Under the pieces are notes generated by a model, which was not told the DNA's origin, did no database searches, and worked only from the letters and a program-made list of their open reading frames with translations. A DNA stretch of 55,378 nucleotides from Octopus sinensis (taxonomy: Eukaryota), in contig NW_021833761.1 in the NCBI RefSeq assembly GCF_006345805.1, positions 1 to 55,378 on the forward strand, read 5' to 3'. Below, piece by piece: positions 52,243-55,378 of the stretch (within the stretch, counting starts at the first letter, position 1; every line of letters begins with the position of its first letter). Both the position numbers and the translations under genes were made by a program.

Positions 52243-53034
52243 ATATTCGGGCTAAATTTGACAATCGTTACGTCTTTTTTTTTCAGGAACAAGTTGATGT
52301 ATTGGTGAACAGTCGATGGCGTTAAACAGTCTAAAGATTGAAGTCGTTGAGAAAAAATTAACTGATGTAAAGGATGGATGCCATCTGAATATTGGAAAAG
52401 AGTTGCCGGTATCATGATGATTTACGCCGGATATCAAAATACTGTCATCATGAATGCTGCTCAATAACCTGTGAATATTGTAAAGCGTGTATGACGTGAA
52501 ATGGAAAGCTGCAACGAAGACTACGAAGCCGTGACCTGCAGATCTTTAGGTGTGTCGCCAGTGAGGGTAAGATGCCGCTCCATATCTTTGAAGAAAGCCT
52601 TAGACTCAATTCAGACGGCTATGAGAGGCTGATGGAGAGGGTTTCTGCTGGAAGGCCATATGTGTGTCAGCAGGATTCGGCTCTTTGCCATACCTCCGAA
52701 AAGAGTCAGAAGTGTTGTCGGAGAATTTCTACGACTTCAACAGCCCCAATTTGTAGCCTCCTAACTCTCCCGATTTGAGAAAAGGCCGAGCTGGTGTTCA
52801 AGGAGGTGTTCGCATATCGTTCCAGGGACACAGTGAGCAACACATGCACCAGGTTCCGCAACTGTTTGGGGGCTGTAACGGAAGCTGAGGACGGCTACTT
52901 TGAGTAAACTGTTATCTCTCAATCATAATCTGGTAGATATTTTTTGATTTAAAACAAAATACTTTTGTTTTTGGATGGGATATTGTTTTTTTTTCCCCTT
53001 TACATAAACTGACAAAATCTAACTCGAACACCCT
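52239..53034 (+). mobile_element. Internally deleted Tc1/mariner-superfamily (DD37D/maT-like) relic
   Basis: GRPYVCQQDSALCHTS and PPNSPDL motifs; imperfect TIRs CAGAATATTCGGGCTAAATTTG versus reverse complement AGGGTGTTCGAGTTAGATTTTG. Confidence 0.75.
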
Positions 53035-53302
53035 TTCTATACTGCAAAGCTCTTTACTCAACATTTAAAATTTTCTTTTGCGTCTGAGTAAGTTCCGGAA
53101 AGGACAAAACTATGAAAAGAAATAGATCTAGAATATATAAATATATACTTATGCTTTACGTACTCATATTGCTTACAACTGTCAAACTTGAAGTCAATAA
53201 ATCTAAATATAATGGCGCATAAATTTGGGGTTAAAAAACTTTGGATAGAAAAGTGGACGTCAACAATACATACATGCGCGTACGCACACACACAGACATA
53301 GA

Positions 53303-53340
<38 letters not shown>

Positions 53341-53405
53341 GTAAATAAATGGTACAACGAGGCACGGATATTTACTGGAAAATAGCAATCGTAAAAAATA
53401 TATAT

Positions 53406-54553
53406 AGGGTGTTCGGAAAGTAATTGCATCTTACCAGGAAGGATATAAAAACGAATGTAAACTACGTTTATCTGAATAGAATGTAATCACCATCGTTTTC
53501 AACGACTGCAGCCCAACGGGAAAGTGACTTTTTTTATGCCACATTCAAAGAAACTTATTTATTTTCCTGTAAAAATATCTAGAAGACTGTTTTCAACTTC
53601 TCTGTTTCTGAATGTTTTACTTCTCATAAAGTGTTCTAGTGTTCCGAACAGATGGAAATCCGTAGGTGCTAAGTCAGGTGAGTATGGAGAATGTGGAAGA
53701 ACTTCCGATTCTAACGACCTTGTTTTGAAGAGTGTTGATGTGCATTGTCATGCTGGAGAATAACGCCTTTTCTGTTTCCCAAAGCTAACCACTTTCGACG
53801 TAATTTTTCATTTACATGATCAAGTTGATGACAATAGACATCTGCATCGAAGGTCTTTCCATGTTCCAGGAGTTCGTTACGGACGATACTTGTCATGTTC
53901 CACCGAGCACAGAGCAAGAATTTTTGTGGATGGAGGTTTGGTTTTGGTCTTAGCACTGCCCTCTCATTACATGATAACCATTGTCTTTTTCGTTTTCTGT
54001 TGTAATGCAAAACCTATTTTTCATCACCTGTAACAATGCGCTGCAGAAATGAAAGGCTGTTATTACTGGTTAGAAGACTACTGCAGATGGGGAAACGTTG
54101 TCTTTTTTTCTCAAGCGTAAGCTCATGTGGAACCCAAATTCCCCCTTTGCATGTTTTCCCAATTTGCTTGAGATGTTCATGGATAATTGAACATGAAACA
54201 TTAAATTTTTGTGCCAAATATCTGGTCCTTTGACATGGATCTGATACAATGGTCTCATTCAAAATGTAGTCATTCAGAGTGGATGGTCTTCAAGAGCGAC
54301 GCTTGTCGGATATGTCATAATCACCATCTCTAAACATTTTAAACCACAACTGACATATACGAGCTTTCACTGCATCTGGATACACTTCACAAATGGTTTT
54401 TCATTGCTTCTGTAGCAGTACTTATCTTTCGAAACTACCGGATAGAAGAGATGATATACTATTCCTAGACAATTCCCGGCCATTCGACCTTGGCTCTGAC
54501 GTGATTGATTCATATTTCATATTGGTGAAAACGCAAATAATTTCCGACACCCT
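53406..54553 (-). mobile_element. Near-full-length mariner (DD34D) transposon with disrupted transposase
   Basis: WVPHELT, IVTGDEK*, LQHDNA, HSPYSPDLAPTDFHLF; TIRs AGGGTGTTCGGAAAGTAATTGC versus reverse complement AGGGTGTCGGAAATTATTTGC. Confidence 0.93.
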
Positions 54554-54579
54554 CAGATATATATCAATAAAAATATATA

Positions 54580-54617
<38 letters not shown>

Positions 54618-55066
54618 TTTAGGGTGTTGAAAACAATTCATTTCACAGCGTATATGTAAATCTAGAGACAAAGTCAAAATTTGGAGAATTTGTATTACAG
54701 AAAATCCCTGTTTTGTTTGCCACTGAAACTCAGTATCGAGCAAAAGGGACGAAATAAGTTTGAATTGTCGACAGGTGCCTACATTCTAATTCTTTCATGT
54801 CAAAAATATATAGTACATGACAGCTGATTTTAACCATTTAAATTATTAACTGTCTACATTTTATCTAACTACTAACATGAAGGTGACCGAACTATCGAAT
54901 AAAACGAAATGTATTTCAGATATGATTTTTCACACATATATCGACATAGCTCGTCAAAACATTTGTCTTTCGTACAACAAAAAATAATCAAAGATAATAC
55001 ACACAAGCGCACATGCATACATATACACATATATATATCATAAATGTAGAGAGAAAGAGAACTAGG

Positions 55067-55143
<77 letters not shown>
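55067..55143. repeat. (AGAT)n microsatellite
   Basis: Direct reading. Confidence 0.97.
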
Positions 55144-55378
55144 CCACTCTTTATACATATATATGTATTTACGTGCATACATATATCATTTATCAATATA
55201 TACCTATGCATGTATGAATGCTTGTACATATTTAATAGTATATACTTATGAATATAGAAGTGTTTGCCGTTATTTTGCACAAATAAGCATATATTAAGAA
55301 AAACATGAATAAATACTGCAATTTATGCATTTATGCACGTGCCTTCTGGATATGTTGCCTCTAATAATTTGATCATTA

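Overview
AT-rich, microsatellite-dense animal genomic DNA with no confidently identifiable host gene. The tRNA-derived SINE families and (TA)n/(TATG)n/(AGAT)n density look like an octopus (cephalopod) genome; this is an inference, not a database result. Almost all long ORFs in the track are simple-repeat artefacts. The window is a mosaic of mobile DNA: an internally deleted Tx1/L1-clade LINE with a near-intact CCHC ORF1, sitting in a SINE head between 30-bp direct repeats; two Penelope-like element (PLE) relics, one 5'-inverted; an R4-like RT relic; mariner/Tc1, hAT and MITE relics; and four SINE head types whose heads and tails are shuffled. The most striking signal is about ten type-I hammerhead-ribozyme motifs from several unrelated sequence families. 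Most lie in short non-coding cassettes embedded in (TA)n arrays (PLE termini or retrozyme-like units), and three have an unusually large 55-80 nt loop on stem II. Coordinates were counted by hand and relic boundaries are approximate.
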